Shown: positions 30,100-39,082 of the stretch, piece by piece
Layout of the letters: every line of letters starts with the position of its first letter
How positions within the stretch are numbered: position 1 is the first letter of the stretch
Assembly (NCBI GenBank): GCA_028280815.1
Contig: JANQLC010000031.1
Location: forward strand, 23,269-87,268
Source: Flavobacteriales bacterium
GTDB lineage: Bacteria > Bacteroidota > Bacteroidia > Flavobacteriales > JANQLC01
Direction: 5' to 3'
DNA length: 64,000 nt
Notes under the pieces: generated by a model
Told to the model about the DNA's origin: nothing
Database searches by the model: none
Seen by the model: only the letters and a program-made list of their open reading frames with translations
Made by a program: the position numbers and the translations under genes

Positions 30100-32643
30100 T
30101 TAAAATGGATAGCCAATTCCAAAGTGGAGGGTGACATCCGATAATTTTAACCGCTCGACGACCCATCGATCAGTAGTCGGAAGCGAAGGGTCGTGAAATT
30201 TCCAAGCCCCATCTAAGCGGATCAAAAAGAATCCGAAGTCATAACGCAGACCTAGGCCACCCCCAATGCCGAGTTGTCGGTAAAATGAGTCCAGGTTAAA
30301 AACCGGATCAAAACGACCTTTTCTGATCGCATCCCCGCTGCTGCGCGTATCCCAAACATTACCCGAATCGATAAACAGTGCACCCGCCAGCGGATTCCAG
30401 AGATCGAACCGGTATTCCAAGCTGGCGGTCAGCTTGACATTTCCCAAGGCATAAGTACCCTGATTGGGCACCGCAGCAGGCCCCAACTCATAGGCGCGCC
30501 AAGCGCGAACATCATTGCTGCCGCCGGCCAAATAACTCTTGTCAAAGGGGATGAACTGAGAATTCCCATAGGGATAGGCAAGGCCCATCAGCAGGCGCAT
30601 GGCGAGATTCGACCGGTGGTTCAATTTGACAAACTTTCGGAAATCCAAGTCCAACTTGAGGTATTGCGCAATGGGCACATTTAAGATCCGATGCACGCCG
30701 GCCGAGTCTCTCCCCGCATTTAATATGCTTTGCAAGCCATTTAACAGGTTGCCTGAAGACTCTATCTTGGCTTTACAATACCAGGGATTTTTTATCCGCT
30801 TGTCCAACTGTTGGTCGTATGTAAAGGAATATGTCATCGAACTGAAGAGAAAATCACGGGTGATTCGCGATTTCCTAAATTCCATATCGAGGTAATCCCG
30901 CACCAAGTCCTCGGATTTAGGCCTTGAAATAAAGCCGATATCCCGACTCGCTTCCAAAGCGATATCATCCGAGGCCTGCCCTGCCATATCGGGCTTGTAT
31001 TTCACATAGGCATGGGCGAGGTTTTGCATGATTTGAGCGTCACTTGGAAACAGTTTGTCATACTGATCCTTGGCGCTGTTGTAAACGTATTGGGTATTGA
31101 GGAATTCAAATTTATGGGTTACCAGCGGCTTGCGCTGCCACTCGTAATCCAAAACACCGGTGAGTCGCCTCTTGCCCAAACCGACGTTGTTTTGCCGGCT
31201 CAAGCTCAGGAGCATATGGGTTTGTGGATTGATCCCCTTTTGGAACCAGCCTTCAGAATTAAAAAAGGGTATCCAGAAGCGCGGAAAGGATAGATCAGCC
31301 TGAACAGCGCCTTCAACGGCATTGAAAAGGCGGTTTTTATCCTTATTCCCGGTCTTAACCTGACCCAATTTAAGGCTGCCGGAGAGCTGCAGGTTCTCCG
31401 CGCCGCCAAACACATTTCGGGAGATCAGGCTCAGATTGATTCCCGAACCCAAGCCAAAATAATTGGAAAAACTACCCTCTATACCAGTGGTTACTCGATA
31501 TTTGGGAAGTCGAGCGAGGTAGATATCGGCGATCAGCGCTCGCGGTTTGGCCGAATCTTTCCGAATGCGGATATCGGGCCTAAAGTTCTGCAGGGAATTC
31601 AGATGCGAATACGCATTGTCTACGACGTTCTTCCGATACAGGTCGCCGGGAGAAAAATCAATCGCATCGGTAATAGCCCTCGGGCGATAATAAAAAGTCG
31701 AATCGAAGATGTATAAGTGATAACCGTTGTGAGAGAGGGCGTCTTGGGGTTTGGAATCCGCATCATAGGGCGAGTGATTCACAAAGGCGTTTACCCGATC
31801 AAATGTATAGGTTTGAAAAGCCTTACGGTTTGGCGAAGCCGGATTCCCGACCCGCGGATTTTTAATGACGAGCCGCAACTCAGCCCGGTGATCCAAGTCG
31901 TTGGTATCCACTGAAAACGCAATATGCGACGGATTGAAATCGTAGTAACCCGCATTGCGGTATATATCGGTCAAGCGCTGGCGTTCATCGATTAGACTTT
32001 CACGCGTGTATCGTTTGTGCATGGCGATATGGCTATGCGACTGCTCAGCCCTATACAGACTGTCTAAGGCTGGCGTTTGAATATCTCGGATCAGCGTATC
32101 GACTATGTAGCCGCCGTGTGTGTCGATGTCATACCTCACCCGAGCCTTTTTTGCCTTGCATAGCACTCGGCTGCTGACGTCAGCGTCGAAATAGCCTTGC
32201 GTAAACATGTATCGCTTCAGCTGTTCCTCAGTGCGTTTGGTCTGAACCGAGTCGTAGATAACGGGGGGAGCACCCATGTTGTACAACCAGTAATTCCACT
32301 TAAACTTCCCCTTTTGCAGCCGGTTGCCTTTGATGAGGGCATCCCGCTGTGCCGCCGTCTTGGGGGTCGTCTCATCCCAAATGGAGAGCACCGCCTCATA
32401 AGCTGGATTGGTCAAATTGTACAGCTGTAGTTTAAGCCTTGACAAACCGAGAAATTTCTCGTTGGGCTTTTGCGTTAAAAAGTTCTCTAAATCGGTATGT
32501 GTCTGCCTTTTGCCGTTGACGTAGACGATATTTTTGGCCAAGAGGTAGTCGCCTTTTTTCACTTTCTTCACCGGGCTACAGGCCCAGAAAAAGCTCAGAA
32601 AAAGCAGCGAGAAAAGTACCTTTGCACGTGTAATGCCAGCCAA
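30100..32643 (-). CDS. tamL: BamA/TamA-family Omp85 lipoprotein (TamL)
   Basis: Lipobox FWAC, POTRA-like region, AGGSNDVRAW, C-terminal HFGIGYPF. Confidence 0.85.
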   Translation of the reverse strand: MAGITRAKVLFSLLFLSFFWACSPVKKVKKGDYLLAKNIVYVNGKRQTHTDLENFLTQKPNEKFLGLSRLKLQLYNLTNPAYEAVLSIWDETTPKTAAQRDALIKGNRLQKGKFKWNYWLYNMGAPPVIYDSVQTKRTEEQLKRYMFTQGYFDADVSSRVLCKAKKARVRYDIDTHGGYIVDTLIRDIQTPALDSLYRAEQSHSHIAMHKRYTRESLIDERQRLTDIYRNAGYYDFNPSHIAFSVDTNDLDHRAELRLVIKNPRVGNPASPNRKAFQTYTFDRVNAFVNHSPYDADSKPQDALSHNGYHLYIFDSTFYYRPRAITDAIDFSPGDLYRKNVVDNAYSHLNSLQNFRPDIRIRKDSAKPRALIADIYLARLPKYRVTTGIEGSFSNYFGLGSGINLSLISRNVFGGAENLQLSGSLKLGQVKTGNKDKNRLFNAVEGAVQADLSFPRFWIPFFNSEGWFQKGINPQTHMLLSLSRQNNVGLGKRRLTGVLDYEWQRKPLVTHKFEFLNTQYVYNSAKDQYDKLFPSDAQIMQNLAHAYVKYKPDMAGQASDDIALEASRDIGFISRPKSEDLVRDYLDMEFRKSRITRDFLFSSMTYSFTYDQQLDKRIKNPWYCKAKIESSGNLLNGLQSILNAGRDSAGVHRILNVPIAQYLKLDLDFRKFVKLNHRSNLAMRLLMGLAYPYGNSQFIPFDKSYLAGGSNDVRAWRAYELGPAAVPNQGTYALGNVKLTASLEYRFDLWNPLAGALFIDSGNVWDTRSSGDAIRKGRFDPVFNLDSFYRQLGIGGGLGLRYDFGFFLIRLDGAWKFHDPSLPTTDRWVVERLKLSDVTLHFGIGYPF

Positions 32644-32685
32644 GAGAAATGTATTAGCGACCCGTTACAAATATAGGCTAAGACG

Positions 32686-32711
32686 TATGAAACGCTCGTG
32701 TGCGTTTCATA
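32686..32711. terminator. 10-bp perfect hairpin TATGAAACGC-N6-GCGTTTCATA downstream of menG
   Basis: Inverted repeat read directly; no long U tract, so function uncertain. Confidence 0.4.
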
Positions 32712-32815
32712 TCGACCTCTGTGCCTGCAATCCAAACAGCAAAGCAAGAGAGAAACGAAAAACAGGGGTTATAAAGGCTTTCACGGCTCTTGACAGATGG
32801 GCATTCTCCAATTTG

Positions 32816-33541
32816 TTATTTGGTAGCGATATAAAGCGTGGCTATCCCGAGGTGAAAGGGTTTTAGCGCACAAGTGGAAAAACCACAGGACAAGACGATC
32901 GACTTCATCTCTTCTCCATCTGGAAAGGCCGCTACCGATCTCGGCAAGTAGCGGTATGCCCTGCTGTCTTTGGAGACGAACCCGCCGATAGCCGGTGTGA
33001 TGTGGTAAAAGTAAAGGCGGTACAACTGCGCGATGGGAAAGCGCTTGGGCTTGGAAAACTCCAAGATAAAATTTTGCCCCCCGCTTCGGGTCACCCGGCA
33101 CATCTCCTGTAAGCCCGCTTGCAGGCTTTCAAAATTGCGAACGCCAAAGGAGGCGGTTAAGGCGTCAAACTGCTCATCGCGAAAAGGCATGTGCTCCGCA
33201 TCGCCTTGTACCAACCGTATTCGATGCGCCAGCCTTTGGGATTCAATCTTTTTTTGCCCCCTGGCTAACATGCCGGCCGAGAGGTCCAGACCCGTGAGCT
33301 GGGCATTGGATTTTCGGGCAGCCACAATAGCCAAATCCGCCGTTCCCGTGGCCACGTCCAATATGTGTCTCGGTTGGTTTTTCAGCAAATGCGCAATTAG
33401 CTTCTTCCGCCAATAGATATCGATTCCAGCGCTCATGAAGTGGTTGAGAAAATCGTACCTGAGCGAAATGCGGTCAAACATCTCTTCCATCTGTTGCTTT
33501 TTGCTCGCCGCACTCGGATAGGGGGTGGGGTTTTCCGACAT
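32816..33541 (-). CDS. menG: Demethylmenaquinone methyltransferase
   Basis: MFD.IS.RYDFLN, ILDVATGTAD, FGVRNF, AYRYLP.SV..FP; start trimmed to MSENPTPY. Confidence 0.94.
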   Translation of the reverse strand: MSENPTPYPSAASKKQQMEEMFDRISLRYDFLNHFMSAGIDIYWRKKLIAHLLKNQPRHILDVATGTADLAIVAARKSNAQLTGLDLSAGMLARGQKKIESQRLAHRIRLVQGDAEHMPFRDEQFDALTASFGVRNFESLQAGLQEMCRVTRSGGQNFILEFSKPKRFPIAQLYRLYFYHITPAIGGFVSKDSRAYRYLPRSVAAFPDGEEMKSIVLSCGFSTCALKPFHLGIATLYIATK

Positions 33542-33645
33542 AAAAATTCCTCTATATTCAGTGCGAAGGTAACAGCTTTGCTGAGAAGGTAGTCGATTTC
33601 TGAGCAAAACTTTACCTTTGGATGGAAAAATCACGCAGCCCGAAG

Positions 33646-34917
33646 ATGCTACGCGTTCCTTATATTCGCGCGCACAAACCAGCCGTAATCGCAGGCTTGC
33701 AAAAGCGCCATTTCGCGCATTTGGAACTAATCGATCAAGTACTCGAAAGCGATGCGCTGCGCAGAAAGACGCAAAACGAGTTAGACCATACCGCAGCGAA
33801 ATCCAATGCGCTCTCGCGGGAGCTGGGGCGCTTGCTTCAATCTGGAAAACAGCAGGAGGTCGAATCGCTTCGGCGGGAATCCGCCAGTCTAAAGACTGAC
33901 CTCAAAGCCTTACAGAAAGAATTGAGCGATATACAGCAAGGTCTTCACCACATCTTACTGCAAATACCCAACATACCCCATCCTTCGGTCCAAGCGGGTC
34001 AAAGCGAAGGCGACAACGAGGAGCTATCCCGCCACGGCCGCATGCCACAGTTGGGTGAAGATGCCTTGCCGCACTGGGACCTGGCTTCGCAATACGGGCT
34101 CTTCGATCTGAAAATGGGCGTCAAGGTGGCGGGTTCTGGATTTCCGGTCTACCAGAATCAGGGCGCACGCCTACAGCGAATCCTGATCGAATACTGCTTG
34201 CAAAAAAATATAGCAGCCGGTTACACCGAGTATTTCCTACCCTATCTCATCAATGAAACATCTGGCTACGGCACGGGACAACTGCCCGACAAAGAGAGGC
34301 AGATGTACCAAATCCAAAGCGATGCGCTGTATGCCATACCCACGGGCGAGGTATCGATGATGAACTGTTTTCGCGATCGGACCTTAGACGAAGCGGAACT
34401 ACCCATCAAAGCCACGGCGCATACGCCCTGTTTCCGGCGTGAAGCCGGCTCCTACGGCAAAGGGGTGCGCGGCCTGAATCGCTTGCACCAATTTGAAAAA
34501 GTGGAGATCGTCCAAATTACCAGACCCGAGGATTCCCACAAAGCCTTAGACGAAATGGTCGCACAGGTACAGCGCCTGATCGAAGACTTGGAACTGCCTT
34601 ACCGCATCCTGCGGCTCTGTGGCGGAGATATGGGTTTTACCGCGAGCATAACCTACGATTTCGAGGTGTATGCAGCCGCTCAAAGACGCTGGCTCGAAGT
34701 GAGTTCCGTCTCCAATACTGCGGATTTTCAAACCAATCGCCTGCGCTTGCGCTATCGAAATGGCGCGGGTCAAACAGTCCTATGTCATGCGCTAAATGGA
34801 AGTGCCTTGGCCTTGGCACGGATTTATGCCGCTTTGCTCGAAAACAACCAAACCGATCGGGGCATCGCACTGCCCCAAGCGCTGGCGGCGTTCTCAGGGA
34901 TGGAATTTTTAAAATAA
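33646..34917 (+). CDS. serS: Serine--tRNA ligase
   Basis: N-terminal coiled coil, CFRREAGS, GLNRLHQFEKVE, EVSSVSN, LNGSALA; TACCTTTG at 33613-33620. Confidence 0.97.
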   Translation: MLRVPYIRAHKPAVIAGLQKRHFAHLELIDQVLESDALRRKTQNELDHTAAKSNALSRELGRLLQSGKQQEVESLRRESASLKTDLKALQKELSDIQQGLHHILLQIPNIPHPSVQAGQSEGDNEELSRHGRMPQLGEDALPHWDLASQYGLFDLKMGVKVAGSGFPVYQNQGARLQRILIEYCLQKNIAAGYTEYFLPYLINETSGYGTGQLPDKERQMYQIQSDALYAIPTGEVSMMNCFRDRTLDEAELPIKATAHTPCFRREAGSYGKGVRGLNRLHQFEKVEIVQITRPEDSHKALDEMVAQVQRLIEDLELPYRILRLCGGDMGFTASITYDFEVYAAAQRRWLEVSSVSNTADFQTNRLRLRYRNGAGQTVLCHALNGSALALARIYAALLENNQTDRGIALPQALAAFSGMEFLK

Positions 34918-34978
34918 AGACAACCGCCAATCGCTTTTCAAAGAGATATTCGATGTATGACAACTAAAAACCATAACG

Positions 34979-35674
34979 ATGAAAAAATCGCTCTTATCCC
35001 TTTTGCTCGCCCTGACATTAAGTCTGCCGATATGGGCACAGAGCATCGAACAAAGGCCTCACATCGAGGTTTACGGCCATGCGGAAGGTGAATTTGAACC
35101 CGACGAAATCTACATCCAAGTCAGGCTGAGCGAACGGGACAGCAAGGGAAAAATTCCCGTCTTCCAGCAGGAGAAAGCGCTATTTAAAATCGCGGCCCGG
35201 TTAAAGATTTCCAAGGGCGATGTAGAACTCATGGGTGGCGACAGCCAATACGCAATGTATTTCTGGCGAAAAGATCAAAATCAGACGGTTAAAGTCTATC
35301 GATTAAAAACCCATTCGGCGCTACAGGCCAGCCGGTTGCTCTACGAATGGGATCGGGCAAAGGTCAGCCAGGCTCGAATCGAAAAGGTGGGTCGCAGCGA
35401 TGCGGAAAAATTACGCAAAGCGCTTGAAATCAAAGCGATAAAAGATGCAAAGGAACGCGCCCGTCACCTGATGCAATCGATTGGAAACCGCATTGGAAAG
35501 CCTTTAAAAGTCATTCAGCACAGGGGTTATTCGCATGGGATGCGGGTGAAAAATTCTTATGTGTTAAACGATGGGGGAGGAGGCAATCCATACGATGCGC
35601 AGCAATTCGGGCAGCTCGGATTTAAAAGGATAAAATACGAATCGGATATTCAGGTATGGTTTGAAATCGAGTAA
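34979..35674 (+). CDS. SIMPL domain (DUF541) periplasmic protein
   Basis: Signal peptide, IEVYG.AE.E..PDEIY, A.KDAKERA, C-terminal V.FEI. Confidence 0.85.
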   Translation: MKKSLLSLLLALTLSLPIWAQSIEQRPHIEVYGHAEGEFEPDEIYIQVRLSERDSKGKIPVFQQEKALFKIAARLKISKGDVELMGGDSQYAMYFWRKDQNQTVKVYRLKTHSALQASRLLYEWDRAKVSQARIEKVGRSDAEKLRKALEIKAIKDAKERARHLMQSIGNRIGKPLKVIQHRGYSHGMRVKNSYVLNDGGGGNPYDAQQFGQLGFKRIKYESDIQVWFEIE

Positions 35675-35918
35675 AGCGCCTCACAATTGCACTTTGATTA
35701 GAGGCCTCCTAAGGAGTTTGTAAAATATCGTTGCAAGGACTTTGAGTAGAAAAATCAGGTCATTTCTACGGTATTTGGCTGGGATCTCCAATGAGGAGCT
35801 ATCGATGCAATCTATACAGTGTGAAACGAGGAGAAGTGCTTTTTAAAAGGGAAACAGGCATTAACTCATCGGCAATGCATGCACCTTACCGGACTGCCCA
35901 ACAGTCATTTCTCAACTA

Positions 35919-38675
35919 TCATCGTTCCTTTTGTATAGGTACTTCGAGTTCACTCACGTATTTGTCTTTATCTTCTGTTTCTATTAAAAGTGTAAGGTTG
36001 TTAAATTCACCAGCGCTATCCATACAGCCTTTAATATCTTTATCCGATCGCAACTCACTTTCGGTAAAGTAACCCTGACTCCCTTTCTTTAGATGTATCT
36101 CTTTATTTGGGTTTCGTAACAAATCATTCAAGTCATCATCTAGTGCGGACATGTACCCGAGAAAATGACCCTCATTATCGCCACAATAGATAAAAAACAT
36201 AACTTTTCTAGGAAGTGTTTCGCCCGCTTTCAGCACAATCTTAGCCCAAAAACTCATCGGAAACTTTGACGTGGTTTTTCGAATAGGGCCCTCTTCCCTG
36301 TAAAACGCTGTGGCGCTTTCTATTTTGAACCGGCGTTTGACATCAAAAGTCAGGGTTTCGGTTTTTTCTTTTCCATACTGATCGACCGCAGTAACCGTCA
36401 GCCGGTGGATGCCCCTTGCATTGCTGGGACGGTAAACATAGCGCATCTCCGATCTTCCCTTGATTTCAGTAGGTGTTCCCGGCTCGATGCCCGCAATTCT
36501 ATCCGATTTCTGACTCACCTCGTACGACCAGTTATAGGTTCGATCGACCGGATCATCCTGAGGCGGTATAATTTCAATCCAGATGGGTGGTGTGTCTCCT
36601 GTATCCAATAGATCGTCACCCCTATACCGACTGAGTTTCAACTCAAAAGTAGGATACCGTACTTCAATAGGCGATACTTCAACGGGATGGGTTCGGTTGA
36701 ATGCATCGGTAAAGCTAAGGGTGAGATTGACCGTGCCGGCTTCTTCAGGCACGAATTGCACTTCAAAATCGGTTTTGTCGCCAAGGTCTATGGACACATC
36801 CTGGGCGTAGCTTTTTCCATCGTATAGCAGCTTTCCCTTTCTATCGCTATCAAAAGTAAAACGGGTATTCTTGGGCAATACACCCCCCTTCTCTGAAATC
36901 TTCAATCCAATTCTCGCCTTATCGCCCAGGTAGATGGATGGGTCTAATAACGTGGCCGCATACTTAAAATTCGGTGCCCTTACCGCAAAGCGGGCTTCCG
37001 CCGTTACAGCGTTTTGTAGATTACCCTTCTCGCTTACGGTTGCGCGCAGTGTTAGCTCACCGGAAAATCCAGATGCGGGTGTAACCCTTACCGCCTTTGT
37101 AAATGAATCACCTGTTACCACAGGCTCTTGCCCTGTGTCAATTTCACCCTTGCCCAGTAGGAATTCATAAGCTATATCGCAACGGTTAAGGTCTGGTGCA
37201 GGCGTGACGGTTAAAGTCAAGGTATTGGACTGGCCGCTAAGTACTTCGGATTTGTCGGGAGTGAGTGAAACCCGAATGGGCGCTCTTTCCTTAACGACGA
37301 TTTCCTTTTGAATTTTCGAGGACTTGTCCGCGCCATTTTTTACCTCCACAAAGACGGTATGCGTGCCCAGAGTCGATGATGAGAATGCGATCACTACTGG
37401 ACTTGACTCGTTCTCCAAAGGATAGAATGCATCCCTACTTAGGGCTTGGCCTTGGTAACTAAATTGGACGTTTTCATCGGTGGCGTAAATCCGAAATCGA
37501 TAATCGATATCTTTTGTAATGGGGCTTATACGCAGTCTTAGAGAGGCTGATTCGTTGCAGTACACCTCATCTGGGCCCGAAAGGCTAAACTTAAACTGTA
37601 GTACAGTCGAACCCACACCTATGGATAAGGCATCGCTATATGAATCCCCGAATCTATCGGTATAAGTCGCTGTTAAAACATAAGATCCCTTTTCTCCATC
37701 TTTCCGAGGCTTGCATTCGTATTGCTTCTCTTGTAAATCCTGGTTGTTCAGTGTCTCTCCCAAGGGAACGCTTTGCTGCCCACTTATCAAATCGACTTCT
37801 CTGTCGGACTCTATTCGTAACTCATACGTCTTGCCGAGGTCATAACTCGGTGTGGCGTGCAAGCTGATCGCGGCGGTCTGATCGGGTTGTAATAGGGGTT
37901 TATCCATGCGCAACGCCACTTCGATTTCATTCTTAATCACCTCGATTGCAAGCGTTTGCTCGACTTCTCGTCCGAAATTATCCTTCGCTACAAAAGTCAG
38001 CGTTTGCACCCCTTCTCGACTAAAATCAGGGGTGTATTTCACCACATGTGTACCGACCTCAATCGAGTGATATTCACCCGCTTTTTCTACCGGCGAACCA
38101 TCGACGTATAAAGTCCCCTCTAAATCGCCTGCGTATTTGTACTGGTAGGGTCCGACTGTTGCCCCCTCCGGATTCTGTAGTTCCATGACAAGACTTGCGC
38201 TTTGACCTTTGTACAGGGTTTTTTCCACCTCGCTCAGGGCAAAGTGGAAAGGCGGATTTTCCACATAGAACTCCAAATTCTCCTGTTGTTCTTGTCCGTA
38301 TTTGTCCAATACATTGAAGTACAATATGTGCTTACCCGCTTCTAAAGGCTCGAAGATCAGCGAGCTCTTTCCAATCCGTTTAATCGTCCAATGGGTGATC
38401 ACCGCACCCTCGCGCAGCAATTCGCCCCTGCGAAGCATGTCGGTCGAGACATAAAACTCGTTGTCCGCCGGCTGCCTCTCATAAGAGAGCACGAGGTCTA
38501 TCGGTATGCCTTGTCCAACGAAAACCTTATTGCCTGAGTACGCACTCGATACCTCTAAGTTGAAGAGCAAAGCCTCGCCGTATTGCAATGCACGGTCTTC
38601 ACAACGGGTGAGAAGAAACGGCAAAAGGATTGCGCTTAGCAGTATTACAGCTCGATTCGTTGAATTATCGCTCAT
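35919..38675 (-). CDS. Large putative lipoprotein of about 7 tandem Ig-like repeats (DUF3872/TraQ-like)
   Basis: Signal ending LLTRC-EDR; repeated G.H.L.F...D.(Y/F)G motif (GKHILYFNVLDKYG, GVQTLTFVAKDNFG, GSYVLTATYTDRFG, GTVNLTLSFTDAFN, GIHRLTVTAVDQYG). Confidence 0.75.
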   Translation of the reverse strand: MSDNSTNRAVILLSAILLPFLLTRCEDRALQYGEALLFNLEVSSAYSGNKVFVGQGIPIDLVLSYERQPADNEFYVSTDMLRRGELLREGAVITHWTIKRIGKSSLIFEPLEAGKHILYFNVLDKYGQEQQENLEFYVENPPFHFALSEVEKTLYKGQSASLVMELQNPEGATVGPYQYKYAGDLEGTLYVDGSPVEKAGEYHSIEVGTHVVKYTPDFSREGVQTLTFVAKDNFGREVEQTLAIEVIKNEIEVALRMDKPLLQPDQTAAISLHATPSYDLGKTYELRIESDREVDLISGQQSVPLGETLNNQDLQEKQYECKPRKDGEKGSYVLTATYTDRFGDSYSDALSIGVGSTVLQFKFSLSGPDEVYCNESASLRLRISPITKDIDYRFRIYATDENVQFSYQGQALSRDAFYPLENESSPVVIAFSSSTLGTHTVFVEVKNGADKSSKIQKEIVVKERAPIRVSLTPDKSEVLSGQSNTLTLTVTPAPDLNRCDIAYEFLLGKGEIDTGQEPVVTGDSFTKAVRVTPASGFSGELTLRATVSEKGNLQNAVTAEARFAVRAPNFKYAATLLDPSIYLGDKARIGLKISEKGGVLPKNTRFTFDSDRKGKLLYDGKSYAQDVSIDLGDKTDFEVQFVPEEAGTVNLTLSFTDAFNRTHPVEVSPIEVRYPTFELKLSRYRGDDLLDTGDTPPIWIEIIPPQDDPVDRTYNWSYEVSQKSDRIAGIEPGTPTEIKGRSEMRYVYRPSNARGIHRLTVTAVDQYGKEKTETLTFDVKRRFKIESATAFYREEGPIRKTTSKFPMSFWAKIVLKAGETLPRKVMFFIYCGDNEGHFLGYMSALDDDLNDLLRNPNKEIHLKKGSQGYFTESELRSDKDIKGCMDSAGEFNNLTLLIETEDKDKYVSELEVPIQKER

Positions 38676-39082
38676 TCAGTGTTTCTATTGGTTTATAAGG
38701 TTCGCTAGACGTGTATTTCGATCCCATCTCATTCGGGTATTCCCCTGGCGTTGGAACGCCTTCAAGAGTGCAAGTGTACTAAATTATTTTGAGATGCCAT
38801 TTTCTACTCAGTTTTTCTAATCGATTAAATATAAGGGCTGCTGTAATATGTTAGCTGTGTTGCTCAATAAGAGGGACCATCGACAATCGAGGATGGACGA
38901 ATAACAGACGCCTAAGTATGGGGGAAAGAATTTTTAACATCCGATTTTATATCGCTTTCGCTGCCTTGTTCGGTTTCTGTGATAAAAACGACTTCTAGGG
39001 CAAGCTGTCGTTGATCGGGTAATCCATCCGAGCCCTCTTTCTTCTAACTACTGCCCTGTTGGCTACCTCTTATGCTGTTTCA

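Noticed and set aside
35743-38810. 11-bp inverted repeat TGAGTAGAAAA flanking the large Ig-repeat gene, as possible transposon ends
   Set aside because: Too short and AT-rich, does not extend cleanly, no target duplication or transposase
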